Part shown: positions 44,873 through 54,746 of the stretch, piece by piece | How the letters are laid out: each line of letters starts with the position of its first letter | Numbering within the stretch: the stretch's first letter is position 1 | IMG/VR virus record: IMGVR_UViG_3300030330_004405 | Coordinates: 1-64,000 of that record | Source of the DNA: a virus | Lineage: Duplodnaviria; Caudoviricetes | Reading direction: 5' to 3' (one strand) | Length of the DNA: 64,000 bases | Notes under the pieces: model-generated | What the model was told of the DNA's origin: nothing | Databases searched by the model: none | What the model saw: only the letters and a program-made list of their open reading frames with translations | Made by a program: the position numbers and the translations under genes

Positions 44873-46014
44873 TGCAAATGAAAAAGATTATAGAGAGTTG
44901 GGATTTATACCTGACAGAACAAAAATGCAAGTTACCAAATCGAGGCGATATTGCCGAAGGTGTGGTGGCTGCTGCCATCGCTGCTAAACTTTCAAAGAGA
45001 GTAAACGGTAAAATAGAAATGATAAGCGTGTCTGATGTTGTCGCTCAGGTGGCAAGTATTCAGGATATGAATACCGTTGTCAGCAACGTGGTTCCTGACT
45101 TCAGTGATGAACACGAAGATACTGTTAGTTTCTCTATTTCAATGCCCAAGCGCCCTTTTGAAGCTCTTGTGGACAGGAATCTTTTAGCTTGTTTGCAGGG
45201 TGAGTATGAAGGAGCCGTGAGCTATGTGAATAGCCCCCCGATGCACAAGTTTGCAACACGTCTCGCATCGAACAAAAAATCAAACAACATACTGGTAAAA
45301 GCAGCGGGAACAGAGGATCAAAAAGGAACCAAGGTAGACATATCGATAATCGTAGATGGCAACAAATTAAGAAACCAACTGTCGTTGAAAGTAAAGGGCG
45401 GCGAACAATTTGCTCAAAAGACCGGGAAAGCTTTTGAGGTTCAAAAAGCCTTTTGGGAGCCTCTTGGTATTGACGTATCAAGCGCCGAGCAAGAATACAA
45501 CAGTATCGTTGACGGTATACCAGCCGGCAAGCCCTTTTCCTCACGCGAAGAGATCAATACTGGAGGCTACCTGCAAATGGCTTCTAATGCGACAAGCCTG
45601 ATATACCAGCAAGCGTACAAAACTCTAGAATCGAAGCTACGAGATGATAAATTTGAGGCTGAATTTGTCAAGCTATTAGCGGACTACATAAAGACTGGCG
45701 CTGTTGGACCAGAATCAGAGTTTGTTGAGTTGGTGAAAATTTTACCCGGTGGCTTTAAGAGAGCGAGATTTGGTAAAAAGTTTTACTCCGAGATGGAAAA
45801 AGCAAACCTATACCCCATTATCAACACTTCCGGCTCTTATCCCAAGATTCAAATCATATACGAGGACGCGGCGGGAAATAAAAGCGTCCTTGTGCAAATG
45901 AGGGCAAAAGTGGAAAGGGCTTCAGGGAAGTCCGGGGGTTCAAAAAAGTATGGTGTTCTAATGAGGAACTACCTTGAAACAGGTCCAGCTTTATATAAAT
46001 TAGCTGGCGTATAA
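44872..46014 (+). CDS. Putative PD-(D/E)xK restriction endonuclease with N-terminal leader
   Basis: NRGDIAEG, KVD...LSLK catalytic-like pattern; coupled to the MTase stop. Confidence 0.6.
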   Translation: MQMKKIIESWDLYLTEQKCKLPNRGDIAEGVVAAAIAAKLSKRVNGKIEMISVSDVVAQVASIQDMNTVVSNVVPDFSDEHEDTVSFSISMPKRPFEALVDRNLLACLQGEYEGAVSYVNSPPMHKFATRLASNKKSNNILVKAAGTEDQKGTKVDISIIVDGNKLRNQLSLKVKGGEQFAQKTGKAFEVQKAFWEPLGIDVSSAEQEYNSIVDGIPAGKPFSSREEINTGGYLQMASNATSLIYQQAYKTLESKLRDDKFEAEFVKLLADYIKTGAVGPESEFVELVKILPGGFKRARFGKKFYSEMEKANLYPIINTSGSYPKIQIIYEDAAGNKSVLVQMRAKVERASGKSGGSKKYGVLMRNYLETGPALYKLAGV

Positions 46015-46021
46015 ATAATAC

Positions 46022-46050
46022 TTGACTCCACTAATATACAGTGGTATTAT
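46022..46050 (+). promoter_or_regulatory. sigma70-type promoter for recA
   Basis: TTGACT-N17-TATTAT with TG. Confidence 0.8.
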
Positions 46051-46074
46051 AACAAACAACTAAGAGGAGCCAAA

Positions 46075-47220
46075 ATGGCTAAAGCGAAAGCAAAGGCAGG
46101 TCGTGTAAATATGCAAGACCTAATGAAACTAGTAAATAAGAAAGCGGGTCAGAATGTGGCTCACGACTTAACAGGAGACAACCCGACTTCTGTTAAGGAA
46201 TGGATTCCAACGGGATCACGTTGGTTGGATTCTATTATTTGTAAGGGTAAAGTTGCCGGTATTCCGGTTGGCAAGATCACCGAGATTGCCGGACTTGAAG
46301 CAACTGGTAAATCATACATGGCTGTGCAGATTGCAGCAAACGCCCAGAAAGCGGGCAAGATGGTCGTTTACTTCGATTCGGAGTCTGCCATCGACCCGAT
46401 GTTCTTGGAGCGAGCAGGATGCGACCTAGAGCGTTTAATGTACGTTCAAGCGTCTTCTGTGGAGTTTGTCCTTGAGACTATTGAAGAACTTCTTGGAGCA
46501 ACCGACGAACAGCTTGTATTTATCTGGGATTCTTTGGCATTTACACCATCAATTTCAGATGTTGAAGGAGACTTCAACCCGCAGTCTTCAATGGCAGTGA
46601 AGGCTCGTATTTTAGCAAAGGGTATGTCCAAGTTGGTTATTCCCATTGCTGATAAGCGCGCAACTTTCATTGTATTGAACCAATTGAAGACAAACATCCC
46701 ACAAGGTCCGATGGCGCGACAAATCGCTATGACTACACCTTATATCACCCCTGGTGGTAAGGCAATGCATTATGCTTATTCACTTCGTATTTGGTTGACC
46801 GGTCGAAAGGCTAAGTCAGCATTTATCGAAGATGAAAAGGGTTTCCGTATTGGCTCCGAAGTTAAGGTAAAGCTTGAGAAATCCCGTTTTGGCACTCAAG
46901 GCAGGTCGTGTGCTTTCCGTATCATGTGGGGGACTGAAGATGTTGGAATTCGTGATGAAGAATCGTGGTTCGATGCTATTAAGGGCTGCGAACACCTTTC
47001 ATCAGCAGGAGCTTGGTATACACTGTCAATGCCCGACGGATATACTAAGAAGTTCCAACCTTCAAAATGGACGAGCCTTGTAACTTCAGACGAAGAGTTC
47101 AAGAACAGAGTAATTCAGATTATGGATGAAGAGATTGTGCAGAAGTTTGATAAGCGACAAGGCGATGCTAGCACTTATTACGAGGATCCGGAAGACATTT
47201 CGGTGCCAGTAAAAGAATAA
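46075..47220 (+). CDS. recA: RecA/UvsX recombinase
   Basis: IPTGS..LD, G.EATGKS, DSESA, WDS, NQ, PGGKA. Confidence 0.93.
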   Translation: MAKAKAKAGRVNMQDLMKLVNKKAGQNVAHDLTGDNPTSVKEWIPTGSRWLDSIICKGKVAGIPVGKITEIAGLEATGKSYMAVQIAANAQKAGKMVVYFDSESAIDPMFLERAGCDLERLMYVQASSVEFVLETIEELLGATDEQLVFIWDSLAFTPSISDVEGDFNPQSSMAVKARILAKGMSKLVIPIADKRATFIVLNQLKTNIPQGPMARQIAMTTPYITPGGKAMHYAYSLRIWLTGRKAKSAFIEDEKGFRIGSEVKVKLEKSRFGTQGRSCAFRIMWGTEDVGIRDEESWFDAIKGCEHLSSAGAWYTLSMPDGYTKKFQPSKWTSLVTSDEEFKNRVIQIMDEEIVQKFDKRQGDASTYYEDPEDISVPVKE

Positions 47221-47230
47221 ATAAAAGTGC

Positions 47231-47259
47231 TTGACTTTGACCCTCCGGTTGGTTATAAT
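47231..47259 (+). promoter_or_regulatory. sigma70-type promoter
   Basis: TTGACT-N17-TATAAT. Confidence 0.85.
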
Positions 47260-47282
47260 ACAATCAATCGGAGGGTTTTTTT
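47240..47282 (+). terminator. 15-bp hairpin plus T-tract overlapping the promoter and the RBS
   Basis: ACCCTCCGGTTGGTT / AATCAATCGGAGGGT followed by T-run. Confidence 0.75.
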
Positions 47283-48251
47283 ATGAGTACTGAAAGAAAG
47301 CGCGTCATAATCATTGACGCATTAAACATGTTTATTCGAGCGTATATTGTGGATCCTTCTTTGTCAACGAATGGAGATCCAATCGGCGGCATCAAGGGCA
47401 CGATTAAGATTATGCAAAAGCTAGTGCGGATGACACAACCAGATGAAATCTTAGTAGTCTGGGATGGTCCAAATGGTTCGGCTAAGCGGAAGAGCATCGA
47501 TAAGAGCTACAAAGAAGGCAGAAAGCCCTTGAGACTAAACAGGTCAGTACACAACCTTACAGACGACCAGATCGTAATGAATAAAATATGGCAACAATCT
47601 CGCGTTGTCGATTACTTCAACGAGATGCCAATCATTCAGCTTATGTTACCTGAAATTGAGGCGGACGATGTGATCTCGTTTACGTCTAGAATGAAGCGTT
47701 ACGATGGCTGGCAAAAGGTCATTATATCCAATGATAAGGACTTCCTACAGCTATGTGATGACGAGACTGTTGTGTACCGTCCGACAAGCGATCAGCTGAT
47801 GAACAAGAAGCGTATTATTGAGGAATATGGCGTCCATCCAACGAACATGGCTTTAGCAAGAGCGATTGTTGGTGATGCCTCAGACAATCTACCAGGGATC
47901 AAAGGTGCCGGACTGGTTTCGGTCAAAAAAAGGTTGTCTTTTCTCGCTTCGGAAAAAGACTATACTATCAACGAGTTAGTAGATTTCTGTGAAAAAGCGG
48001 ACAGCAAATTGAAGTTTTTTAGCAACATCATCGAGGGGAAAGAGGTTATCTCGCATAATTATAAAATGATGCAGCTATACGCACCTCTACTCTCAGTTCA
48101 GGCTAAAAAGTTTGTACGTGAGTCCATTGAAAACTTTGACTGCACATTTAACAAAACTAAGATACTCTCACTTATGACCGAGGATGGTTTCGGTGAACTT
48201 AACTGGGAAGATCTCAAAACACACCTCAATAAAATTTTATTGTCGTGTTGA
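47283..48251 (+). CDS. 5'-3' exonuclease (Pol I N-terminal / T4 RNase H family)
   Basis: IIDALN, VWDG, YK.GR, EADDVI, S.DKDF.QL, GD.SDNLPGIKG.G. Confidence 0.93.
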   Translation: MSTERKRVIIIDALNMFIRAYIVDPSLSTNGDPIGGIKGTIKIMQKLVRMTQPDEILVVWDGPNGSAKRKSIDKSYKEGRKPLRLNRSVHNLTDDQIVMNKIWQQSRVVDYFNEMPIIQLMLPEIEADDVISFTSRMKRYDGWQKVIISNDKDFLQLCDDETVVYRPTSDQLMNKKRIIEEYGVHPTNMALARAIVGDASDNLPGIKGAGLVSVKKRLSFLASEKDYTINELVDFCEKADSKLKFFSNIIEGKEVISHNYKMMQLYAPLLSVQAKKFVRESIENFDCTFNKTKILSLMTEDGFGELNWEDLKTHLNKILLSC

Positions 48252-48252
48252 C

Positions 48253-48281
48253 TTGCATTATTGCGAATAACCAGTTATAAT
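48253..48281 (+). promoter_or_regulatory. sigma70-type promoter
   Basis: TTGCAT-N17-TATAAT. Confidence 0.7.
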
Positions 48282-48297
48282 CACCGGGAGGGTACAA

Positions 48298-49683
48298 TTG
48301 TCTAACAAACCAAGTTTCAGCAAATACGGTAAAAGTTTCCAAGAGGATCTAGTACATCTTATCCTGGATGACCGACCGTTTGCAGACCAGATACTAGAAG
48401 TTCTAGATACTAACTTTTTGGAGCTTGAATACCTTAGACTGTTTACTTCTAAGATCGTTGATTACAGGGACCGGTACGCTAAACACCCATCACAACAAAT
48501 CATCGACACAATTCTGCAGACCGAGCTTGAGAAAGAAGATAAAGTCCTTTCCCAGCAGATAACAGAATATTTTACCAAGATCCGCAATACTGAGGTCGAT
48601 GGTTCTGAATACATCAAGGAGCAGTCTCTTGAATTCTGTCGAAAGCAGAACTTAAAAGAGGCTATGCTTAAATCAGTTGACCTTCTGCAGAATTGTTCTT
48701 TTGACGAGATCTCGAAGGTTATCAACGAGTCCCTTAAGCTTGGTTCAGAGTCCAATTTTGGTCACGATTTCCTGGCAGATTTCGAAGAAAGATATAAGCC
48801 AAAGTTTCGTGGTCCTGTGACGACCGGGTGGAAGCAGATTGATGATATGACTGGTGGGGGCTTAGGCAAATCTGAGCTTGGAGTGGTCGTTGCACCGACA
48901 GGTGCCGGCAAGTCAATGGTTTTAGTTCATCTCGGATCCAACGCAGTTATGGAAGGCAAGACTGTTGTTCATTACACTCTAGAACTTCAAGATACCGTTA
49001 TTGGAAAGCGATATGATAGCTGTATCACAGAATATCCCCTCTCTGAACTCTCAGTTTTTAAGGAAGAGATTTACGAAAAGATTAAAGATTTAGACGGTAG
49101 ATTAATTGTTAAAGAATATCCTACAAAATCAGCCTCAACTGGTACAATCAGAAATCACTTAAACAAGCTAATCAAAAGAGGTATCGAGCCAGGTATGATT
49201 ATTGTGGATTATGCAGATCTTCTCAAACCACTGGTAGTGCGCAAAGAGAAGCGAAATGAGCTTGAATCTATCTACGAAGAATTACGCGCCATCTCGCAAG
49301 AGTTTGGTTGCCCTATATGGACTGCATCACAGACTAACCGCTCCGGTTTGAATGCAGAGGTGATCACAATGGAGCAAATTTCTGAAGCATTTAATAAATG
49401 CTTTGTTGCAGACTTCATCTTCTCTGTCTCACGAACAATCGACGACAAGCAGAATAACACTGGGAAAATTTTCATAGCCAAGAACAGAAATGGACCCGAT
49501 GGGATGGTCTATGATATATTTATGGATACCTCTAACGTTAAGATTAGAGTATTGCCAAAAACAAACGCAGTCACAGCCACAGCAGCCAATGCAGTGGTAA
49601 CAAGTCCGGTGGCGTTAACACCGAAAATGCAGAGAACTTACTTACAATCGAAGTATCAAAAATTTAAAGGAACATCAAAATGA
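48298..49683 (+). CDS. dnaB: Replicative DNA helicase (DnaB/gp41-like)
   Basis: APTGAGKS, TLE, IVDYADL, TASQTNR, KNRNG. Confidence 0.92.
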   Translation: MSNKPSFSKYGKSFQEDLVHLILDDRPFADQILEVLDTNFLELEYLRLFTSKIVDYRDRYAKHPSQQIIDTILQTELEKEDKVLSQQITEYFTKIRNTEVDGSEYIKEQSLEFCRKQNLKEAMLKSVDLLQNCSFDEISKVINESLKLGSESNFGHDFLADFEERYKPKFRGPVTTGWKQIDDMTGGGLGKSELGVVVAPTGAGKSMVLVHLGSNAVMEGKTVVHYTLELQDTVIGKRYDSCITEYPLSELSVFKEEIYEKIKDLDGRLIVKEYPTKSASTGTIRNHLNKLIKRGIEPGMIIVDYADLLKPLVVRKEKRNELESIYEELRAISQEFGCPIWTASQTNRSGLNAEVITMEQISEAFNKCFVADFIFSVSRTIDDKQNNTGKIFIAKNRNGPDGMVYDIFMDTSNVKIRVLPKTNAVTATAANAVVTSPVALTPKMQRTYLQSKYQKFKGTSK

Positions 49684-51647
49684 AAACTATCGAAAACATC
49701 CGCAGATTCAGATTATCTGATTCTTTTATTGAGCCATATACAACCGCAGAAGTCCCATGGGGTCCACTCGGCTACGTAACTTTTAAACGCACATACGCTC
49801 GCCGTCTTAGCGAGTTTGATCCAGAGGCAAAGGGGTCCGAAGAATGGTGGCAAACTTGCCGTCGTGTTATTGAAGGCATGTTCAACATGCAAAAACAGCA
49901 TGTTGTTAGACTTGGTCTGGAGTGGAATGACAATAAAGCACAAAAAACTGCCAAGGATGCATTTGATAGATTATTCAATCTTAAGTGGACACCGCCCGGT
50001 CGTGGACTGTGGATGATGGGGACTAAATTTGTTGAAGAGCGCACAGGAGCAGCCCTGTTTAACTGCGCTTTCAGATCAACTCAAGATCTCTCCACTAAGG
50101 GCGGATATATCTTCAGCTGGATTATGGATGCTCTAATGGTTGGTGTTGGTGTCGGTTTTGACACGAAGGGTGCTGGCACGATTACGTTCGAAGAGCCAGA
50201 ATATACAAACGACGTGCTTGTGATTGATGACTCACGAGAAGGGTGGGTTAATTCCGTACAAACACTTCTTAATGGTTTCTTTTTCGGACACAAGGTTCCT
50301 AAGTTTGACTACTCTGCTATTCGACCATTGGGCGCTTTAATTAGCGGCTTTGGCGGCACCTCAAGCGGTCCCGGTCCACTCATCGAGCTTCATGAAAACT
50401 TAACGCAACTTTTCTCAGACAAGATTGGTGAAGCCATCACTTCTGTGGATATTGTTGATATTGAGAACTTGATTGGTCGCTGTGTGGTGTCCGGAAATGT
50501 ACGCCGCTCTGCTGCACTCGCTCTCGGTGATGCAGACGATTTCCGCTATCTTGAAATGAAGAATGATCAAGAAAAGTTGTACCATCATCGCTGGGGCTCT
50601 AACAACTCCTACAACGCTACTGTTGGTATGGATTACACTTGGCATGCTGAACAATCTCAAGAAAACGGTGAGCCTGGTACGATCTGGCTTGAGAATGCGA
50701 GAGCATATGGGCGATTTAAGGACGGTGTTAATTACGATGATGCGGAGGTCGTTGGCTTTAACCCTTGTGTTGAGCAAAGTCTTCACAACGCTGAGATGTG
50801 CTGCCTCGTCGAAACGTTTCCAGCCAAGCATGATGATTATGAAGACTATGTAAAGACGCTTAAGTGTGCGTACCTATACGGCAAGACTGTTACACTTGTT
50901 AATACACACTGGCCAGAAACTAACGCTAAGATGCTCAAGAACCGACGCATCGGATTGTCACAGTCTGGTATCATTCAGGCATTCAACAAACATGGTCGTA
51001 GAACGATGCTTGATTGGTGTGACAATGCATACGGCTACGTTAAGGAACTAGACACCGAGTATTCAAATTGGCTTTGTGTTCCAAAGTCCATTAAGATGAC
51101 CTCGATTAAGCCATCAGGCACGGTCTCTCTCTTGAATGGTTCTACTCCAGGAATTCACTTTCCAGAAGACGAGTATTACATTAGACGAATTAGATTCTCT
51201 AATACTTCAAAAGTTCTTAAAAGTTTAATTAAAGCAGGTTATAATGTTGAAGATGATCAATACTCTCCGAACACTTCTGTTGTTGAGTTCCCTGTCAAGG
51301 AACCACACTTTGAAAAGGGAAAACGAGATGTTTCAATGTGGGAGCAGCTTGAGATTGCAGCCCAGTATCAAAATTATTGGGCGGATAACGCAGTGTCTGT
51401 TACGGTCTCGTTTAAGGGAAGCGAGGCGAATCAGATTCGGAGCGCGTTAGAAATGTATGAGACAAGACTTAAGGCTGTATCTTTCCTGAAGTACGAAGAG
51501 ACGGGATATGTGCAAGCTCCGTACGAATCTATTACAAAAGAGAAGTACGAAGAGATGTCATCCAAGATTAGCCCCATCACTCGAATCGACGACGAAGAGG
51601 GTGGTTCGGGTACAAAATTCTGTACAAACGACACTTGTGAAATTTAG
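49680..51647 (+). CDS. nrdJ: Class II (adenosylcobalamin-dependent) ribonucleoside-triphosphate reductase
   Basis: PPGRGLW, NCAF, GNVRRSA, NPCVEQ, KPSGTVS, C-terminal FCTNDTC. Confidence 0.92.
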   Translation: MKTIENIRRFRLSDSFIEPYTTAEVPWGPLGYVTFKRTYARRLSEFDPEAKGSEEWWQTCRRVIEGMFNMQKQHVVRLGLEWNDNKAQKTAKDAFDRLFNLKWTPPGRGLWMMGTKFVEERTGAALFNCAFRSTQDLSTKGGYIFSWIMDALMVGVGVGFDTKGAGTITFEEPEYTNDVLVIDDSREGWVNSVQTLLNGFFFGHKVPKFDYSAIRPLGALISGFGGTSSGPGPLIELHENLTQLFSDKIGEAITSVDIVDIENLIGRCVVSGNVRRSAALALGDADDFRYLEMKNDQEKLYHHRWGSNNSYNATVGMDYTWHAEQSQENGEPGTIWLENARAYGRFKDGVNYDDAEVVGFNPCVEQSLHNAEMCCLVETFPAKHDDYEDYVKTLKCAYLYGKTVTLVNTHWPETNAKMLKNRRIGLSQSGIIQAFNKHGRRTMLDWCDNAYGYVKELDTEYSNWLCVPKSIKMTSIKPSGTVSLLNGSTPGIHFPEDEYYIRRIRFSNTSKVLKSLIKAGYNVEDDQYSPNTSVVEFPVKEPHFEKGKRDVSMWEQLEIAAQYQNYWADNAVSVTVSFKGSEANQIRSALEMYETRLKAVSFLKYEETGYVQAPYESITKEKYEEMSSKISPITRIDDEEGGSGTKFCTNDTCEI

Positions 51648-51655
51648 GAGGAACA

Positions 51656-51922
51656 ATGTTTAAACCAGTAAACCGACACATTTTAGTTGATTTAGATCAG
51701 CGAACAGATGAACAGAAGTCGCTAATTGTTTTACCGGAAGATTATCAGCCGGAACAACAAAAGCACTCCGTTGTCCGTGTTTTGGAGAAATCTGATGATG
51801 TAAAATTCGACTTGCTAGTAGGTAGTAAAATCGTTGTCGATTCATCGATGATCGAAGAAATTGTAATAAATAACACTACTTATAATATAATATTAGAAAA
51901 CTATGTCGTGGGGGTACTGTAG
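51656..51922 (+). CDS. GroES-like co-chaperonin
   Basis: FKPVNRHILV, IVLP, C-terminal I.E..V.G; 88 aa. Confidence 0.65.
   Translation: MFKPVNRHILVDLDQRTDEQKSLIVLPEDYQPEQQKHSVVRVLEKSDDVKFDLLVGSKIVVDSSMIEEIVINNTTYNIILENYVVGVL
51875..51882 (+). promoter_or_regulatory. Putative late promoter ACTACTTA for the endolysin
   Basis: 58 nt before amidase start. Confidence 0.55.
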
Positions 51923-51940
51923 CCCTAGAGGTTTAATTAA

Positions 51941-52855
51941 ATGGACAAAAATTTCTACAATGAGGCTTCCGCCAAAAAACTTGGTTGGGAGCCCTCTTGG
52001 TTTGGCGAAAGATATTTTGATGATAAGCTTGTTAGGGCTATTAAAAAATGGCAAAAGAAAAAAGGCATACCAGCTGACGGTCTCTGCGGTCCCACAACAT
52101 TCCGTAGATTGTGGACTGAAAGACAAGAGCCACACGTAGTTGGTGAATATTGCAAGAACACTGGTAGTTCATATTCCAAGTCTATAGTATATAATGGAGT
52201 CTACTACCCGATAAACTGGGATAAGTTTGTTTTATGGAGTGACGATGGTGGTATGCAGACAACTAGCGGTAAATACTACGATTACTCCGCGCGTCCCACA
52301 AGACCGATAAGGTATTTCGTAAATCATTGGGATGTATGCCTGAGTTCAGAATCTTGTCATAATATTCTAGAAAAGCGTGGCATATCGGTCCATTTCTTAA
52401 TTGACAACGACGGAACAATATACCAGACTATGGATATGCAACACGCAGCTTGGCACGCAGGCACAGAGCGCACTAATAGAGCTTCTGTTGGTGTCGAGAT
52501 CACCAATGCTTACTATCCAAGATATCAAAATTGGTACAAGAAGAATGGTTTTGGTGAAAGACCGATTGTGGAGGATGCCTGGGTTCATGGTGAAAAGTTG
52601 GATCCATTTACCGGGTTCTACCCACAACAAATTGAAGCGCTTAAGGCATTGTGGGAAGCTGTACATTCTGCGACTGGCATCCCATACGAAACTCCAGTTA
52701 ATCAATTTGGAAACACATCAACTAAATACGAACAAGAAGTTGCTTACGGCAAATTTTCTGGGTTCGTTAGTCATTACCACATAAGTAAACGAAAAATAGA
52801 TTGTGCTGGGCTTGACATTAAGCAATTACTCGACGAAATTACTGAGGAAGAATGA
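51941..52855 (+). CDS. N-acetylmuramoyl-L-alanine amidase (endolysin) with peptidoglycan-binding domain
   Basis: AIKKWQ..GIPADG.CGPTT; HF.ID.DG, AWHAG, N..S.GVE, H...K.DC. Confidence 0.88.
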   Translation: MDKNFYNEASAKKLGWEPSWFGERYFDDKLVRAIKKWQKKKGIPADGLCGPTTFRRLWTERQEPHVVGEYCKNTGSSYSKSIVYNGVYYPINWDKFVLWSDDGGMQTTSGKYYDYSARPTRPIRYFVNHWDVCLSSESCHNILEKRGISVHFLIDNDGTIYQTMDMQHAAWHAGTERTNRASVGVEITNAYYPRYQNWYKKNGFGERPIVEDAWVHGEKLDPFTGFYPQQIEALKALWEAVHSATGIPYETPVNQFGNTSTKYEQEVAYGKFSGFVSHYHISKRKIDCAGLDIKQLLDEITEEE

Positions 52856-53253
52856 GACCAGAATGGGATGAGATATGGATGGACTTTTGCCACACAATTG
52901 CAAAAAGATCTTACGATCCAAGATTTCAAGTTGGTGCAGTTATAGTATCTGAAGATAACTGTCAAGTTTTAGCGATTGGGTATAATGGCAATTATGCCGG
53001 TGGTCCAAATGAGGTGGAGTCAAGCAATCCGGGGGAATCCGGGATGATCCACGCAGAAATCAATGCGCTTATTAAGCTAGATTATAACAATCCGAAGAAA
53101 AAGAAACTATATTTAACGCTTTCTCCCTGTAGAACATGTGCGAAAGCCATTGTGAACGCCGGCATTGATGAAGTAATCTACAGAGAAGCATATAGAGACA
53201 CTTCAGGTGTGGATATATTAAAGAAAAGTGGCATCAAAGTTAGATCCTTCTGA
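52852..53253 (+). CDS. dCMP deaminase
   Basis: VGAVIV, GYNG, HAE.NA, SPC..C. Confidence 0.92.
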   Translation: MRPEWDEIWMDFCHTIAKRSYDPRFQVGAVIVSEDNCQVLAIGYNGNYAGGPNEVESSNPGESGMIHAEINALIKLDYNNPKKKKLYLTLSPCRTCAKAIVNAGIDEVIYREAYRDTSGVDILKKSGIKVRSF

Positions 53254-53283
53254 AAAGGTAGCCCGCACAACACTATATACTGT

Positions 53284-53841
53284 GTGGGGTTTCTTTTACT
53301 GTTCTTGTTGAGCTGTATTTCTAGTACAGAATTGCAAAATATAATCTATGTCTCGGAGCAAAAGCCGATTGATGCGTTTGTTATTGGTAAGCCGACTAGG
53401 AAAGCTGAATGGGAAACGCCACCCAAAGTAAGGGTCTGTGCCAACACACAATTAACAATGTACCGGGTTGAAAACGCTGTAAAATATTGGGAGCGCCTCG
53501 GCTATAAATTTGAATATACGTATAAAGACTTTGTTATAGATTGTATGAACCCCAGATATGGCGAAATCATAATAACTTTGCCAGAGGGGGGATTTTCAGC
53601 AAACCACATGGCAGCAACAAGGTTATATACTAGCAACAGAACGGGTAAGATTGTGATGGCTAAAATATTCATATTACCCAAGAATGGTAGAAAAGAGAGA
53701 GTATTAGAACACGAACTAGGACATGCTTTAGGTTGGCGCCACTATAGCGAGAGACAACACATAATGCACCCAAATTGGAAAGATGGCGGCTTCAATTCGA
53801 AGGGTCTTCGAAAAAGAGACTTGACAAGCGATAAAAAGTAA
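53284..53841 (+). CDS. Metzincin (matrixin-like) Zn metallopeptidase, possible lipoprotein
   Basis: HELGHALGWRH and Met-turn IMHP; N-terminal LLFLLSC. Confidence 0.8.
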   Translation: MGFLLLFLLSCISSTELQNIIYVSEQKPIDAFVIGKPTRKAEWETPPKVRVCANTQLTMYRVENAVKYWERLGYKFEYTYKDFVIDCMNPRYGEIIITLPEGGFSANHMAATRLYTSNRTGKIVMAKIFILPKNGRKERVLEHELGHALGWRHYSERQHIMHPNWKDGGFNSKGLRKRDLTSDKK

Positions 53842-53849
53842 GCCATAAT
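53821..53849 (+). promoter_or_regulatory. sigma70-type promoter, probably producing a leaderless mRNA
   Basis: TTGACA-N17-CATAAT; ATG begins 7 nt after the -10 box. Confidence 0.7.
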
Positions 53850-53855
53850 ATACAA

Positions 53856-54746
53856 ATGGCTTTTGAATACGAGAAGATCGTTATCGGCAGTTCGTTATCG
53901 GCGCTAATCTTTGCTTATGTAAATGATTGCCCGGTATTTTTTACGGAACCTGACATACCTTTCCGATTTGATTTTTTATCTCCTAGTCACACACCAATCG
54001 GTATACCGTGTGAGGCAAAAACACTATTGTCATTTGACGACGAGATGGAGGTCGGCACACGCAAGCAAGTTTTATGGGATCGGCTGTATTTTCTCTTGTC
54101 TTTAAAGGGACTTACGCCGCTTTCAAATTTGTGTAAAACGATTAGATGCAATGAAGAATCTATAGTTTGTTTAAATGAATATTCAAAGATATTTGAAGCG
54201 TCGTTCGACAAGTGTTATTATTTTGGAGATCCTAACGCCAGCGGCTTTGTTCGTAAAAACAAGCTTGACGAACATAGTTACATATGTTATGATTATATTG
54301 CGTTCAATAGTGGAGGCAAGCATGAAGTCGACTTTATACACACAAGCGATGATTTTATCAGCGAGATATGGTTTTATAGTTCCGACCGTATTGATGGAAA
54401 TACTCCTGTTAGAGATGCTTGTGCGGTATCAAAATTAACTGAATCGCAACTAATAGATTTTGATTACTCAGAAACGATGGCTCGCTTCAAGGTGCTCAAA
54501 ATTATGAAAGACAACGGAATGAGAGGGAAATTAAGTGGATACACAAAGAAAGGTACGGCTAGGCACTATGATTTTAGAACAACTAGCATCAGACGCGAAA
54601 CGCACCGCTGTCGAGATGGACTCACAACAGAGAACCATAATATCAAGATTAACACCGACAGCGAAGAGAGCATGCTCCGGCTTCTATCGAATGTTCAGGG
54701 TTCACCCGATAGATTTTTAGAGTTACTGAATGTCACTTCACCTTAG
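53856..54746 (+). CDS. Hypothetical protein with degenerate Rossmann-like N-terminus
   Basis: IVIGSSLSAL. Confidence 0.65.
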   Translation: MAFEYEKIVIGSSLSALIFAYVNDCPVFFTEPDIPFRFDFLSPSHTPIGIPCEAKTLLSFDDEMEVGTRKQVLWDRLYFLLSLKGLTPLSNLCKTIRCNEESIVCLNEYSKIFEASFDKCYYFGDPNASGFVRKNKLDEHSYICYDYIAFNSGGKHEVDFIHTSDDFISEIWFYSSDRIDGNTPVRDACAVSKLTESQLIDFDYSETMARFKVLKIMKDNGMRGKLSGYTKKGTARHYDFRTTSIRRETHRCRDGLTTENHNIKINTDSEESMLRLLSNVQGSPDRFLELLNVTSP

